A stretch of 64,000 bases of DNA. It comes from Acidobacteriota bacterium. GTDB lineage: Bacteria; Acidobacteriota; UBA6911; RPQK01; JAJDTT01. The stretch lies in the NCBI GenBank assembly GCA_965209055.1, contig OZ242374.1, forward strand, positions 4,384,001 through 4,448,000, written 5' to 3'. A model generated the notes under the pieces. That model was not told the origin of the DNA, ran no database searches, and saw only the letters and a program-made list of their open reading frames with translations. Each line of letters begins with the position of its first letter. Position 1 is the first letter of the stretch. Of the stretch, positions 46,753 through 55,668 are shown piece by piece. Both the position numbers and the translations under genes were made by a program.

Positions 46753-48588
46753 TCACGCATCGAGTCCGGAGAAATCCGGAACCTGAGACACCTCCTCGGC
46801 CTGTGGCTCCAGAGGCAGCGGGCCGCGGGAACGGCTCAAACGGGCCCGAAGCTCGCTGCTGGCTTCCAGATCCGGACCCTCTCCGGCGGACCGGAGCACC
46901 ACGCCATACTCGGCACGCGCCTTTTCGAGGCTCACCTTCCCTTGCCGGACGTCTTCCAGCACGGCCTCGGGGTCCCGGCGCAGGGGATCGCCGTAGCCTC
47001 CGCCTCCGGCCTGGACCAGATGGTAGACATCCCCCTCCTTCATGCGAAGCAGGAACTTGGAAGGCAACGCTCTGGCTTCGCCGGCCGGATTGAGCGTGTT
47101 GCGGGTGGGTGTCCCCGGCCGTCCCCCCTGGTTGCCCCAGGGAAGGAAGCGGGTCCGGTCCGACCGGACCTGCAGCGTCGCTTCCGCAGCCAGCAGCTGA
47201 TACTCGCGGACCATCCCCAGTCCGCCCCGATACCGGCCCGCCCCCCCGGAGTCGGTCACGAATCCATAACGCCGGATCAGGATCGGCTGATCGGCCTCGA
47301 TGGTTTCGACCGGAGTGTTGGCCATGTTGGTGATGGGGGCGGTGACCCCGTCGGCGCCGTCGGCTGAGGGACCGCCGCCTCGAGGCCCGTCATTGTTGAA
47401 TTCGAGATAGACGAACGGCTTCCCGTCCGGGTAGTAACCCCCGATGCTGACGCCCACGTCGCCCCCGCCCCAGGCCGCCGGCACGCGATGGGGCAGCGCC
47501 TTCGCGAAAGCGCCGAAAACGGCGTGGCCGACGCGGAATCCTCCGAGGCCGCGCGCCGCCACCGCCCCGGGGTGGCGCGGATTCACGAAACATCCTTCCG
47601 GCGCCACCACGTGAATCGGTCTGAAAAATCCGGCGTTCGCGTTGATGCCGGGGTCCGTCAAGCACTTGAAGACCGCGTAGACGGTGGACCGGGTGAAGGC
47701 GAAGTTGGGATTGATGGAGCCTCGGGCCTGAGGTGAGGTGCCGGTGAAATCCACCACCATCTCATCGCCTTCCACGGTGATTCGAACCCGTATGGCGATC
47801 GGCTCGGGATCCAGCCCGTCGGTATCGATGTAGTCCTGAAATTCCCAGGAACCGTCGGGCAGCTCCCGGATCTCGGCTCGAGTCAGGCGCTCGGTGTGAT
47901 CGACAATGCCGGCCATGTGCCCCAGAAGCGGATCGAAGCCATACTCCCGGGCCAAGCGGAGCAATTCCTTCTCCCCCTGCGCCAAGGCGGAAATCTGAGA
48001 CCGGAGATCTCCCAGCACCTTGTCCGGCACCCGGACGTTCCGCGCCACGATGCGCCAGACGGAGCGGTTGAGAGAACCGCCCTCGAACAGCTTCAACGGA
48101 GGCAGCCTCAGGCCTTCCTGGTAGATCTCCGTGTTGTCACAGGCGTTCCCTCCGGCCACCCGCCCCCCGATGTCGGTGTGGTGAGCGATCACGCAAACCC
48201 ACGCCAGGAGCCGGTTCTCCAGAAAGACCGGCTTGAAGAGGAAGATGTCGGGGAGATGGCTGGCCCCGTCGTAGGGATCGTTGTTGGCGAAGATGTCTCC
48301 GGGTTGAACGTCGTTTCCGAATTGGCGGCGCACCGCATCCAGGGCCGGTTGCATGGCGCCCATATGGAATGGGAGCGTCAAGCCCTGGGCGACTTGTTGC
48401 CCTTGGGGGTCGAAGATGGCGGTGGAGAAATCCATACCGTCCTTGACCACGGACGACGACGCCGTTCGCACCACCGTCACGGCCATGGTATCGGCGGCGC
48501 TGTAGAGATAATTTTTGACGATCTCCCGGGTCCACGGGTCCGGGGACGTTCCTCGTGCCGATTTCGCACCTGTGCCACTCACCACCAA
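46753..48588 (-). CDS. Hydantoinase B/5-oxoprolinase family protein
   Basis: DFSTAIFD, NDPY..SHLPD, HH.DIGG, EG..LPP and DSGGAG..RGGLG motifs. Confidence 0.92.
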   Translation of the reverse strand: MVVSGTGAKSARGTSPDPWTREIVKNYLYSAADTMAVTVVRTASSSVVKDGMDFSTAIFDPQGQQVAQGLTLPFHMGAMQPALDAVRRQFGNDVQPGDIFANNDPYDGASHLPDIFLFKPVFLENRLLAWVCVIAHHTDIGGRVAGGNACDNTEIYQEGLRLPPLKLFEGGSLNRSVWRIVARNVRVPDKVLGDLRSQISALAQGEKELLRLAREYGFDPLLGHMAGIVDHTERLTRAEIRELPDGSWEFQDYIDTDGLDPEPIAIRVRITVEGDEMVVDFTGTSPQARGSINPNFAFTRSTVYAVFKCLTDPGINANAGFFRPIHVVAPEGCFVNPRHPGAVAARGLGGFRVGHAVFGAFAKALPHRVPAAWGGGDVGVSIGGYYPDGKPFVYLEFNNDGPRGGGPSADGADGVTAPITNMANTPVETIEADQPILIRRYGFVTDSGGAGRYRGGLGMVREYQLLAAEATLQVRSDRTRFLPWGNQGGRPGTPTRNTLNPAGEARALPSKFLLRMKEGDVYHLVQAGGGGYGDPLRRDPEAVLEDVRQGKVSLEKARAEYGVVLRSAGEGPDLEASSELRARLSRSRGPLPLEPQAEEVSQVPDFSGLDA

Positions 48589-48591
48589 CTG

Positions 48592-50712
48592 TCAAGCCTC
48601 CTTTTCCAGGACGATGTTCAGCCGCTGGTCGAGGCGGGCGCTCCAGCCGCCGGGGACCAGAGTCGTGGAGTCGTATTCCTCGATCAGCGCAGGCCCGCGG
48701 AGGTCCTTCCCTTCCAACTCCGATCTGCCCAGAACCGGAGCTTCGACCCATTCCGATTGCGACGGCCCCTGATAGATCCGCCGGGACCGCACCTTTGGAC
48801 GAAAACCGTCATTGGACAGTGAAAGGGTCTCGGGGACTCGAGTCCCCTCGTCCAGACCGCGGGCCCGGACCCGGAGATTGACGAGTTCCAGTTCGGAGTC
48901 GAGACGATATCCGTAGTTGGCCTCATGCTCCCGGTGAAAGGCGGCCTCCAACGCTTCCAGACCGTCCCGATCCAGGTTCGCACTCTCGAACCCCACTCTC
49001 AAATGCGAGGTCTGCCCCTTGTACTTCAGGTCCGCCTCGGCGGCCAATTGCTGCCGCCCGGCGGCGAACCCTTCCTGCGCCAGGAGGCCGCGGGCCTGTT
49101 CCCTCAGGCGGTCCAGAGTCCGGTTCATGGACGCGAGCCCCAATTCGGAGAGGGACTTCACCTGAGCCTGCACCAAGTGGTGCTCCACGTCCGAGAAGAG
49201 GAGGCCGAAGCAACTGAACACCCCGGGAGACGGAGGGACGATGATCCGGGTCATCTGCAACAACCGCGCCAGACCCGCGGCGTGAAGGGGACCGCCCCCT
49301 CCGAACGCCATGAGCGTAAACCGGCGAGGGTCGCGGCCCCGTTCGCTGGAGACGGCGGCGACGGCCCGGGCCATGTTGGAATTGGCCACCTGATGGACGC
49401 CCCAGGCCGCTTCGACGGCGGAGACTCCGAGCGGAGCCGCCAGCCGGCGCTCCACAACCGCCCGGGCTTGGTCCGCGAAGACCGGAAAATCCCCTCCCAG
49501 CAGGTAGCGGCCGTTAAGAAATCCCAAGACCAGGTTGGCGTCGGTGACCGTGGGCAGATCGCCGCCCTGGCCATAGCAAGCCGGACCGGGAACCGCGCCC
49601 GCGCTGTCGGGCCCGCAGCAGAGCGCCCCGCCTTTGTCCAACCGGGCCACACTGCCGCCGCCGGCGCTCACTTCCGCCAGGTCGATGGAAGGAACCCTCA
49701 GGATATAGCCGGAGCCCTTCAGCAATCGATGCCCGGAACTCATTCCCCCGCCCACTTCGTACTCTCGGGACAGCAGGAGGTTTCCCTCCTCGATGATGGA
49801 GGACTTGGCGGTCGTGCCCCCCATATCCAGGGTCAGGACGTTGGGAAGATCCAGCCTCGCCGCCAGATGATGGGCGCCCACCACGCCGGCCGCGGGTCCC
49901 GACTCGACGCAATGGACGGGCGCCTCGGCAGCCATCCGGACGGACGCCCTGCCGCCGTTGGATTGCATCACCGTCAGGGGGACGCCCACACCCAGGTCTC
50001 GCAGCCCCTCATCCAGGCGCCCCAGGTAGCGGGCCACGATGGGGCGGATGTAGGAGTTGATCACCGTGGTGCTGGTTCGCTCGTACTCGCCGGTTTCGGC
50101 CAGAAGCCGGCTGGAGAGAGACAGGCTGAGTCCGGGAATCCGCTCCTCCAGAATCTCACCGATCCGGATTTCGTGGCGTGGATTGGCGTAGGAGTGAAGG
50201 AGGCAGACCGCCACCGAGCGAATCCCCTCATCCAGCAGCACTTGGGCGGCTTTCTCCACGTCCGATTCCACCAGAGGAATCAGAACCTCGCCCCGGTAGT
50301 CCACCCGCTCCCGGACCTCCAGCCGCAGACGCCGTTCCACCAGCGGGGGAGGCTTGCGGTAGTAGAGATCGTACAGGCGCGGCATCCTGAGACGGGAGAT
50401 CTCCAGAACGTCCCGGAATCCGTCGGTCGTGATCAACGCCGTCTTCACCCCCCGGCCCTCCAGGATGGCGTTTGTGGCCAGGGTGAAGGCGTGGCTCACT
50501 TCGGAGAGACGGCCGGCCGTCAGCTCCAGATCCCGCAGACCCGTGCCGACCGCGTCCAGCACGGCCCGGCTGTAATCGTCGGGCGTGCTCACGATCTTCT
50601 TGACGTGGACGCCTCCCTGCTCCGAGAGGAATACGACATCGGTGAAGGTCCCCCCGATGTCCACTCCCACCCGAAACCAGGGCCTGTCGGATCCGGTGTT
50701 GTGGTCTGGCAT
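48592..50712 (-). CDS. Hydantoinase A/5-oxoprolinase family protein
   Basis: DIGGTFTD, SGPAAG, DMGGTT, AGGGS, PGPACY and FGGGG motifs. Confidence 0.93.
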   Translation of the reverse strand: MPDHNTGSDRPWFRVGVDIGGTFTDVVFLSEQGGVHVKKIVSTPDDYSRAVLDAVGTGLRDLELTAGRLSEVSHAFTLATNAILEGRGVKTALITTDGFRDVLEISRLRMPRLYDLYYRKPPPLVERRLRLEVRERVDYRGEVLIPLVESDVEKAAQVLLDEGIRSVAVCLLHSYANPRHEIRIGEILEERIPGLSLSLSSRLLAETGEYERTSTTVINSYIRPIVARYLGRLDEGLRDLGVGVPLTVMQSNGGRASVRMAAEAPVHCVESGPAAGVVGAHHLAARLDLPNVLTLDMGGTTAKSSIIEEGNLLLSREYEVGGGMSSGHRLLKGSGYILRVPSIDLAEVSAGGGSVARLDKGGALCCGPDSAGAVPGPACYGQGGDLPTVTDANLVLGFLNGRYLLGGDFPVFADQARAVVERRLAAPLGVSAVEAAWGVHQVANSNMARAVAAVSSERGRDPRRFTLMAFGGGGPLHAAGLARLLQMTRIIVPPSPGVFSCFGLLFSDVEHHLVQAQVKSLSELGLASMNRTLDRLREQARGLLAQEGFAAGRQQLAAEADLKYKGQTSHLRVGFESANLDRDGLEALEAAFHREHEANYGYRLDSELELVNLRVRARGLDEGTRVPETLSLSNDGFRPKVRSRRIYQGPSQSEWVEAPVLGRSELEGKDLRGPALIEEYDSTTLVPGGWSARLDQRLNIVLEKEA

Positions 50713-50734
50713 TTTTCGCTGCGGGCCGGACTAG

Positions 50735-50894
50735 GGAGCCTGCGCGGCAGAAATCAATCTACTGCGAAAGCGTAGAATCGGTCCATATTTCCCCGATTTC
50801 TCGGCGAATAGAACGACTATGCACCTCCAAATCGTGAAAATCTGGTCTCGATTCTCCACTTTCTCGCTACGATCATTTCTGCCGCGCAGACTCC
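50735..50894. mobile_element. MITE, 160 bp, non-autonomous
   Basis: 20-bp TIRs GGAG(C/T)CTGCGCGGCAGAAAT with one mismatch, at 50735-50754 and 50875-50894. Flanked by TAG at 50732-34 and 50895-97. Interior is AT-richer. Confidence 0.8.
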
Positions 50895-52420
50895 TAGCGC
50901 GTCCAGGCGAACCAGCGGGACAGGACCCGCCGCGCGCGGGGCGTGAGCCGGGTCCGGTTGAAGGCGTCTCCCACCTGTTTGATGGCCTCGGCCTGCGTCG
51001 GATACGGATGGATCACCTGGGAGATGGTCTTGAGGCCCAGGCCGCCGACCATGGCCAGCGTGATCTCGTTGATCATCTCACCGGCATGACGGGCGACCAC
51101 GGTGGCGCCGAGAATCTTGTCGGTTCCCTTCTCCACCAGGACGCTCACCATGCCACCTTCCTCCCCGTCGGTGATCGCCCGGTCCACGTCGGCAAAATCA
51201 CGCACGAAATGATCATAGGGAATCCCCTGCCGGGATGCCTCCCTGCAGTTCAGGCCCACGTGAGCCACCTCCGGATCCGTGTAGGTACACCAGGGGATGG
51301 TGAGGGCGCTGGCCTTTTTCCGTCCCATGAAGAGTGCATTCTGGATGACGATCCGAGCCAGGGCGTCGGCGGCATGAGTGAACTTGTATTGGGAGCAGAC
51401 GTCTCCGGCCGCGTAGATCCGTTTGTTGCTGGTCTGGAGTTGATCGTTCACCACGACGCCGCGGCGCCGGTCGAAATCGACGCCGGCCGCCTCCAGGCCC
51501 AGCCCCTCCACGTTGGGCGCCCGCCCGGCGGCCACCAGCACTTCGTCCACGGCGACCTGCCGTGTCTGACCGTTGCACTCGAGATGAACCCGTTTCTCGC
51601 CCGCCCGGCTCTCCACTCGAAACACTTTCGAATCGAGGAAGAGTCGGATCCCGTCGCGGCGAAATGCGTCCTGGACCCTTCGGCCGGCATCCTCGTCTTC
51701 CCGGTCCAGGATCTGAGGATGGCACTGGAAAACGGAGACCTGGGATCCGAAGCGGCCGAACGCCTGCGCCATCTCGCATCCGATGGGGCCCCCGCCGATG
51801 ACGCCCAACCGCGGGGGCAGCTCCGTCAATGAAAACAGCGTCTCGTTGGTGAGATAGCCGGATTCCGCCAAGCCCTCGATGGGTGGCGCCGCCGCCCGTC
51901 CTCCGGTAGCCACGACGGCTCGCGCGAAGCGCAATGTGTGCCCGCCCACCTGAACCGCGTCCCGGCTCACGAAACGGGCCTCTCCCAGAAAGACGTCCAC
52001 GCCCAGCTTCCGGAAGCGCTGGGCCGAGTCGTGGGCGGAGATCCCGGTGCGCAGCCGGCGCATGCGCTCCATGACCGAGGCGAAATCCACTTTCTCCCCG
52101 ACTGAAACGTCGACCCCGAACGCGCCGGCTTCACGGGCATCGGCTACGGCCCGCGAGGACCGGATGAGAGCCTTGGAGGGAACGCATCCCACGTTGAGAC
52201 AGTCGCCTCCCAAGAGGTGCTTCTCGATCAGGGCGCAACGTGCGCCGAGGCCGGTGGCTCCGGCCGCCGAAACCAGCCCCGCGGTTCCGCCTCCGATGGC
52301 CACCAGGTTGTAGCGGCCCGCCGGCTCGGGGTTGGTCCAATCCCCCGGATGGACCCGGGAGACCAGGAGCCGGTTGTGGGAATCCATGGGCAATAATTCA
52401 ACGGATCTCGATTCAGGCAT
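50894..52420 (-). CDS. Pyridine nucleotide-disulfide oxidoreductase (MerA/LpdA-like, lacking MerA-specific Cys pairs)
   Basis: IGGGTAG, GGDCLNVGCVPSK, GGGPIG, YAAGD and HPYPTQAE motifs; no HMA domain and no C-terminal CC. Confidence 0.88.
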   Translation of the reverse strand: MPESRSVELLPMDSHNRLLVSRVHPGDWTNPEPAGRYNLVAIGGGTAGLVSAAGATGLGARCALIEKHLLGGDCLNVGCVPSKALIRSSRAVADAREAGAFGVDVSVGEKVDFASVMERMRRLRTGISAHDSAQRFRKLGVDVFLGEARFVSRDAVQVGGHTLRFARAVVATGGRAAAPPIEGLAESGYLTNETLFSLTELPPRLGVIGGGPIGCEMAQAFGRFGSQVSVFQCHPQILDREDEDAGRRVQDAFRRDGIRLFLDSKVFRVESRAGEKRVHLECNGQTRQVAVDEVLVAAGRAPNVEGLGLEAAGVDFDRRRGVVVNDQLQTSNKRIYAAGDVCSQYKFTHAADALARIVIQNALFMGRKKASALTIPWCTYTDPEVAHVGLNCREASRQGIPYDHFVRDFADVDRAITDGEEGGMVSVLVEKGTDKILGATVVARHAGEMINEITLAMVGGLGLKTISQVIHPYPTQAEAIKQVGDAFNRTRLTPRARRVLSRWFAWTR

Positions 52421-52483
52421 GGAGCATTTCCAATGTTTCGGAACGTAATGGTTTCACTTCGTCCCCCCGGTTAGCGCGAGCAG

Positions 52484-53194
52484 CTACGACACCCTCTTGT
52501 CCAAGGCCCGGCGAGCCAGCCGGGTCACTTGAACGGTTACGGCCACCGCCGCCAGAAAGCCGACAACATAGAACACCGTTTCCGCCGGCGTCCGGGTTCG
52601 TCCTTCCTGGCCCAACATCGCGAGATCGCCCGCCAGGGAACCGATATAGACATAGAGTATGGTCCCGGGAAGCATGCCCAGCCAGGATGCCAGGACGTAG
52701 TGACGAACCTTGACCTGAGTGATCCCGAACGCGTAGTTGAGCAGATTGAAGGGAAACACGGGCGAGAGCCGCGTCAATCCGACGATCTTCCATCCCTCGC
52801 CGGCGACCGCTTCGTCGACGGCGGCGAAACGGGGATAGCCTCGCATCTTTTCGGCCACCCAATCGCGGGCCAGGTGGCGGCCGATCAGGAAGGACGCCGT
52901 CGCGCCCAGGGTCGAAGAAGCGGAGACCAGAACTGTCCCCCAGCCGAGCCCGAAGACGAAACCGGCCCCCAGAGTGAGTATGAACCCCGGCAGAAAAAGG
53001 ACCGTCGCCGCCACGTAGGCCAGGAGAAAGGCCACCGGGCCCCAGGGACCCAGCTCGGATACGGTCTGTAGAACCTGCCTGAGAAACGGCCCGATATCGT
53101 TCCGGATCATCAGAAGTACGACAACGACCAGCGCAGCCAGAAGCAATTTCCACAACCGGTTTCGTTTCCCCGGCGCTGAACTCTGTTGAGCCAC
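52484..53194 (-). CDS. TVP38/TMEM64 (DedA/VTT) membrane protein
   Basis: LPG..LT..AG..FG, RLSPVFPFNLLNY and GMLPG motifs. Confidence 0.9.
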   Translation of the reverse strand: MAQQSSAPGKRNRLWKLLLAALVVVVLLMIRNDIGPFLRQVLQTVSELGPWGPVAFLLAYVAATVLFLPGFILTLGAGFVFGLGWGTVLVSASSTLGATASFLIGRHLARDWVAEKMRGYPRFAAVDEAVAGEGWKIVGLTRLSPVFPFNLLNYAFGITQVKVRHYVLASWLGMLPGTILYVYIGSLAGDLAMLGQEGRTRTPAETVFYVVGFLAAVAVTVQVTRLARRALDKRVS

Positions 53195-53196
53195 CT

Positions 53197-54123
53197 TTAC
53201 CCCTCCGCAACGACCGGAGCGGATTTCCAAGCGATCCGCCCGGCATGTGCATAGACGTTGAATCGGCCTGGACGCACGAAGCCCACCAACGTCATCCCGA
53301 AGTCGCGGGCGAGCGCCACCGCCAGGCTCGAGGGCGCACTCACCGCCACCACCATGGCGATTCCGGCCATGACCGCTTTCTGAAGGATCTCGAAGCTGGT
53401 TCGTCCGCTGACCATCATCAGACGGTCTTCCAGCGGCAGCCTTCCTCTGAGAACCTCCCGGCCGATCAGCTTGTCGACGGCATTGTGCCGGCCCACGTCC
53501 TCCCGCAACGAGAGAAGGTCGCCGCCGCCATCGAACAATCCGGCCGCGTGCAGGCCTCCCGTCTGCCGGAACACCTTCTGCCCGGCCCTCAACGCCGGAC
53601 CCAGCCCCTCGATCACCCGGCTGTCCACTCTGGGCCGGTCCGCCAGGATCTTCCGGGACGGGTGGACCCGCAGCGTCTGGAGCGATGCCTTTCCGCAGAC
53701 GCCGCAACTGGAGGTGGTGTAGAAGTGCCTGTCAAGCCGCGTGTCGTCGAAATCGACCCCCGGCCGCAGGTCGACCCGGACCCCGTTGTGGAGATCGCCC
53801 TCCGAATTCCTGGAAGGAAAGACCCCCTCGATGTCCTGAGACCGGAGGACGATTCCCTCCGTGTAGAGGAATCCGGCCGCCAACTCGCGGTCGTGCCCCG
53901 GCGTGCGCATGGTGATGGAAAGGGTCTTCTCCACGCGTTTCTCCCGGGAGGTGTATCCCAGGAGAATCTCCAGGGGCTCCTCGACCGCCAACAGGTCCGA
54001 CTCGATCCGCGCCGTGCCCTTCTCGACCTTCCGGACCTGGACGAACCGGACTCGGGCAGGCTGGGTTTCAGGGCTGTCCGCAAGCTGTAAGTCGGGAGTT
54101 CGGTTCGGGTCATCCGTCTGCAT
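53197..54123 (-). CDS. fdhD: Formate dehydrogenase accessory sulfurtransferase FdhD
   Basis: VEEPL, MRTPG, SSCGVCG, TGGLHAA, EDVGRHNAVDK and SAPSSLA motifs. Confidence 0.95.
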   Translation of the reverse strand: MQTDDPNRTPDLQLADSPETQPARVRFVQVRKVEKGTARIESDLLAVEEPLEILLGYTSREKRVEKTLSITMRTPGHDRELAAGFLYTEGIVLRSQDIEGVFPSRNSEGDLHNGVRVDLRPGVDFDDTRLDRHFYTTSSCGVCGKASLQTLRVHPSRKILADRPRVDSRVIEGLGPALRAGQKVFRQTGGLHAAGLFDGGGDLLSLREDVGRHNAVDKLIGREVLRGRLPLEDRLMMVSGRTSFEILQKAVMAGIAMVVAVSAPSSLAVALARDFGMTLVGFVRPGRFNVYAHAGRIAWKSAPVVAEG

Positions 54124-54271
54124 GTTTCGCCCAGCGTCGCACACTCGGCCGGTCACACGGTCGCCTTTATCATAACAACCCCCGGCTTTGGAGAGCAGAC
54201 GCATGACGAAACCGGCCCGCATCGGAGACGAACGGGCCATGAGTGCCCACCCGGACTGTTAGACTCGGCGG

Positions 54272-54649
54272 ATGGCGGTGCGCCTGGACAAGTGGCTGCA
54301 GGTGGCCCGGGTCTTCAAGACCCGGAGCCAAGCCACTCGGGCCTGCGTTGCGGGAAGGGTCCGAGTGGGAGGCGCCGTGGCCAAGGCCCACCGGAAGGTG
54401 TCGGTGGAGGATCGCATCGAGGTGCGCCTGAAGGGCCGGACCCGCGTCCTGCGGGTCAAGGAAATCCAGGGCAGACCGGTTCCCAAGGCCCAGGCCCGCA
54501 CCCTGTACGAAGATCTGAGCGTGGAGCCGCTCCGGAGCCCCGCCGACCCTTTCGGAGGGATGCCGCCCGCGCCACGAAGCGTCAAGGGCCGTCCGACCAA
54601 GCGGGATCGAAGGCGGATCGACCGCTGGCGGCGTGACACTCCTGCTTGA
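54272..54649 (+). CDS. hslR: S4-domain RNA-binding heat shock protein Hsp15
   Basis: RLDKWL..R.FKTRS.A and GRPTKRDRR motifs. Confidence 0.88.
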   Translation: MAVRLDKWLQVARVFKTRSQATRACVAGRVRVGGAVAKAHRKVSVEDRIEVRLKGRTRVLRVKEIQGRPVPKAQARTLYEDLSVEPLRSPADPFGGMPPAPRSVKGRPTKRDRRRIDRWRRDTPA

Positions 54650-54651
54650 GT

Positions 54652-55281
54652 TCAGCCAGCCTGGTAGACAAGAAGGTCTTCCCGTTCGAGTTCGTCCGAC
54701 TGCGAAACCCTGAGCCGCGCGGCGTCCAGGTCCATGCTGGCGATGAAGGGAAGATTGCGGTATCGATCCTGGTAGTCCAGACCGTACCCGATCAGGAATG
54801 CGCCACTGGCCTGAAATCCCACGTAACGGATGGGGACCTCCACCAGTCGAAGATCCGGCCGGTCCAGGAGAGTGCAGATCTCAATGGACGCCGGGTTCCT
54901 CCGAGTCAGAAGTCCGAGAAGGGAGTGGGCGGTCAGACCCGTATCGATGATGTCCTCCACCAGCAACACATGCCGTCCGGTGATCTCCTCCTGCAGGTCC
55001 TTGAGGAGCCGGACCCGGCCCTGGTCCCGCCGGGGATGGTAGCGGCTGACGGAGATGAAATCGAGACTGACCGGTGTGGCCATGCTCCGGATCAGATCGC
55101 AGGTGAAGACCAAAGCCCCCTTCAGGATTCCCACGACCATGAGGTCCCGGCCCCGGTAGTCCCGTTCGATCCGAAACGCCAGTTCCACGACCCGTTTCAG
55201 AATCGTGGCCTCGTCGTACACGATCTCATCGACGACGGAATGGAAGGGCTTCTTCACCGTTGGGGAGAGAATCTCGCTCAT
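54652..55281 (-). CDS. hpt: Hypoxanthine phosphoribosyltransferase
   Basis: GILKG, LLVEDIIDTGLT and GYGLDY..YRNLP motifs. Confidence 0.93.
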   Translation of the reverse strand: MSEILSPTVKKPFHSVVDEIVYDEATILKRVVELAFRIERDYRGRDLMVVGILKGALVFTCDLIRSMATPVSLDFISVSRYHPRRDQGRVRLLKDLQEEITGRHVLLVEDIIDTGLTAHSLLGLLTRRNPASIEICTLLDRPDLRLVEVPIRYVGFQASGAFLIGYGLDYQDRYRNLPFIASMDLDAARLRVSQSDELEREDLLVYQAG

Positions 55282-55622
55282 GCCAGAGTTCCGAACTTGA
55301 AGAGAAGCTTCCGATAGTCCCGCCCGTAGAGAACCTTCAGCTTCAGGTCGGGATAGAGCTGGCGCATCCGCCGTATTTTCCGATTCTTCGGAGTCACCAG
55401 GCTCTGTTTCATGGTGGTCAATTCCACAAAGAGCTCAAACTGCGGCAGGTAGAAATCGGGCGTGAAACTCCGGATCACCCGGCCCTCGGCATCGTGGTCC
55501 AAGGGAAAACAGACCGGCTCGTAACGCCACTCGACCCGGTAGAAGTCCAGAAACCGGGCGAAGTTGGCCTCACTCTCGTGAGCGAAGTGCGACTGTGCTG
55601 GAGGACGGCCTGCCTTGACCAT
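55278..55622 (-). CDS. Small PD-(D/E)xK nuclease-fold protein
   Basis: SE..FA..L, W.YEP, FTPDFYLP and FVELT motifs; ATGA overlap with hpt. Confidence 0.72.
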   Translation of the reverse strand: MVKAGRPPAQSHFAHESEANFARFLDFYRVEWRYEPVCFPLDHDAEGRVIRSFTPDFYLPQFELFVELTTMKQSLVTPKNRKIRRMRQLYPDLKLKVLYGRDYRKLLFKFGTLA

Positions 55623-55668
55623 GCTGGCCGCTTGTTTCTATCAGAACGCTCTGACGGATCGTGGTGTC

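Noticed and set aside
48925-50775. 616-aa plus-strand ORF (likewise 56857-58698, 11482-12975, 27491-28819)
   Set aside because: Shadow ORFs opposite well-supported genes.
50894-52420. merA mercury resistance
   Set aside because: No C-terminal Cys-Cys, no HMA domain and no mer operon genes.
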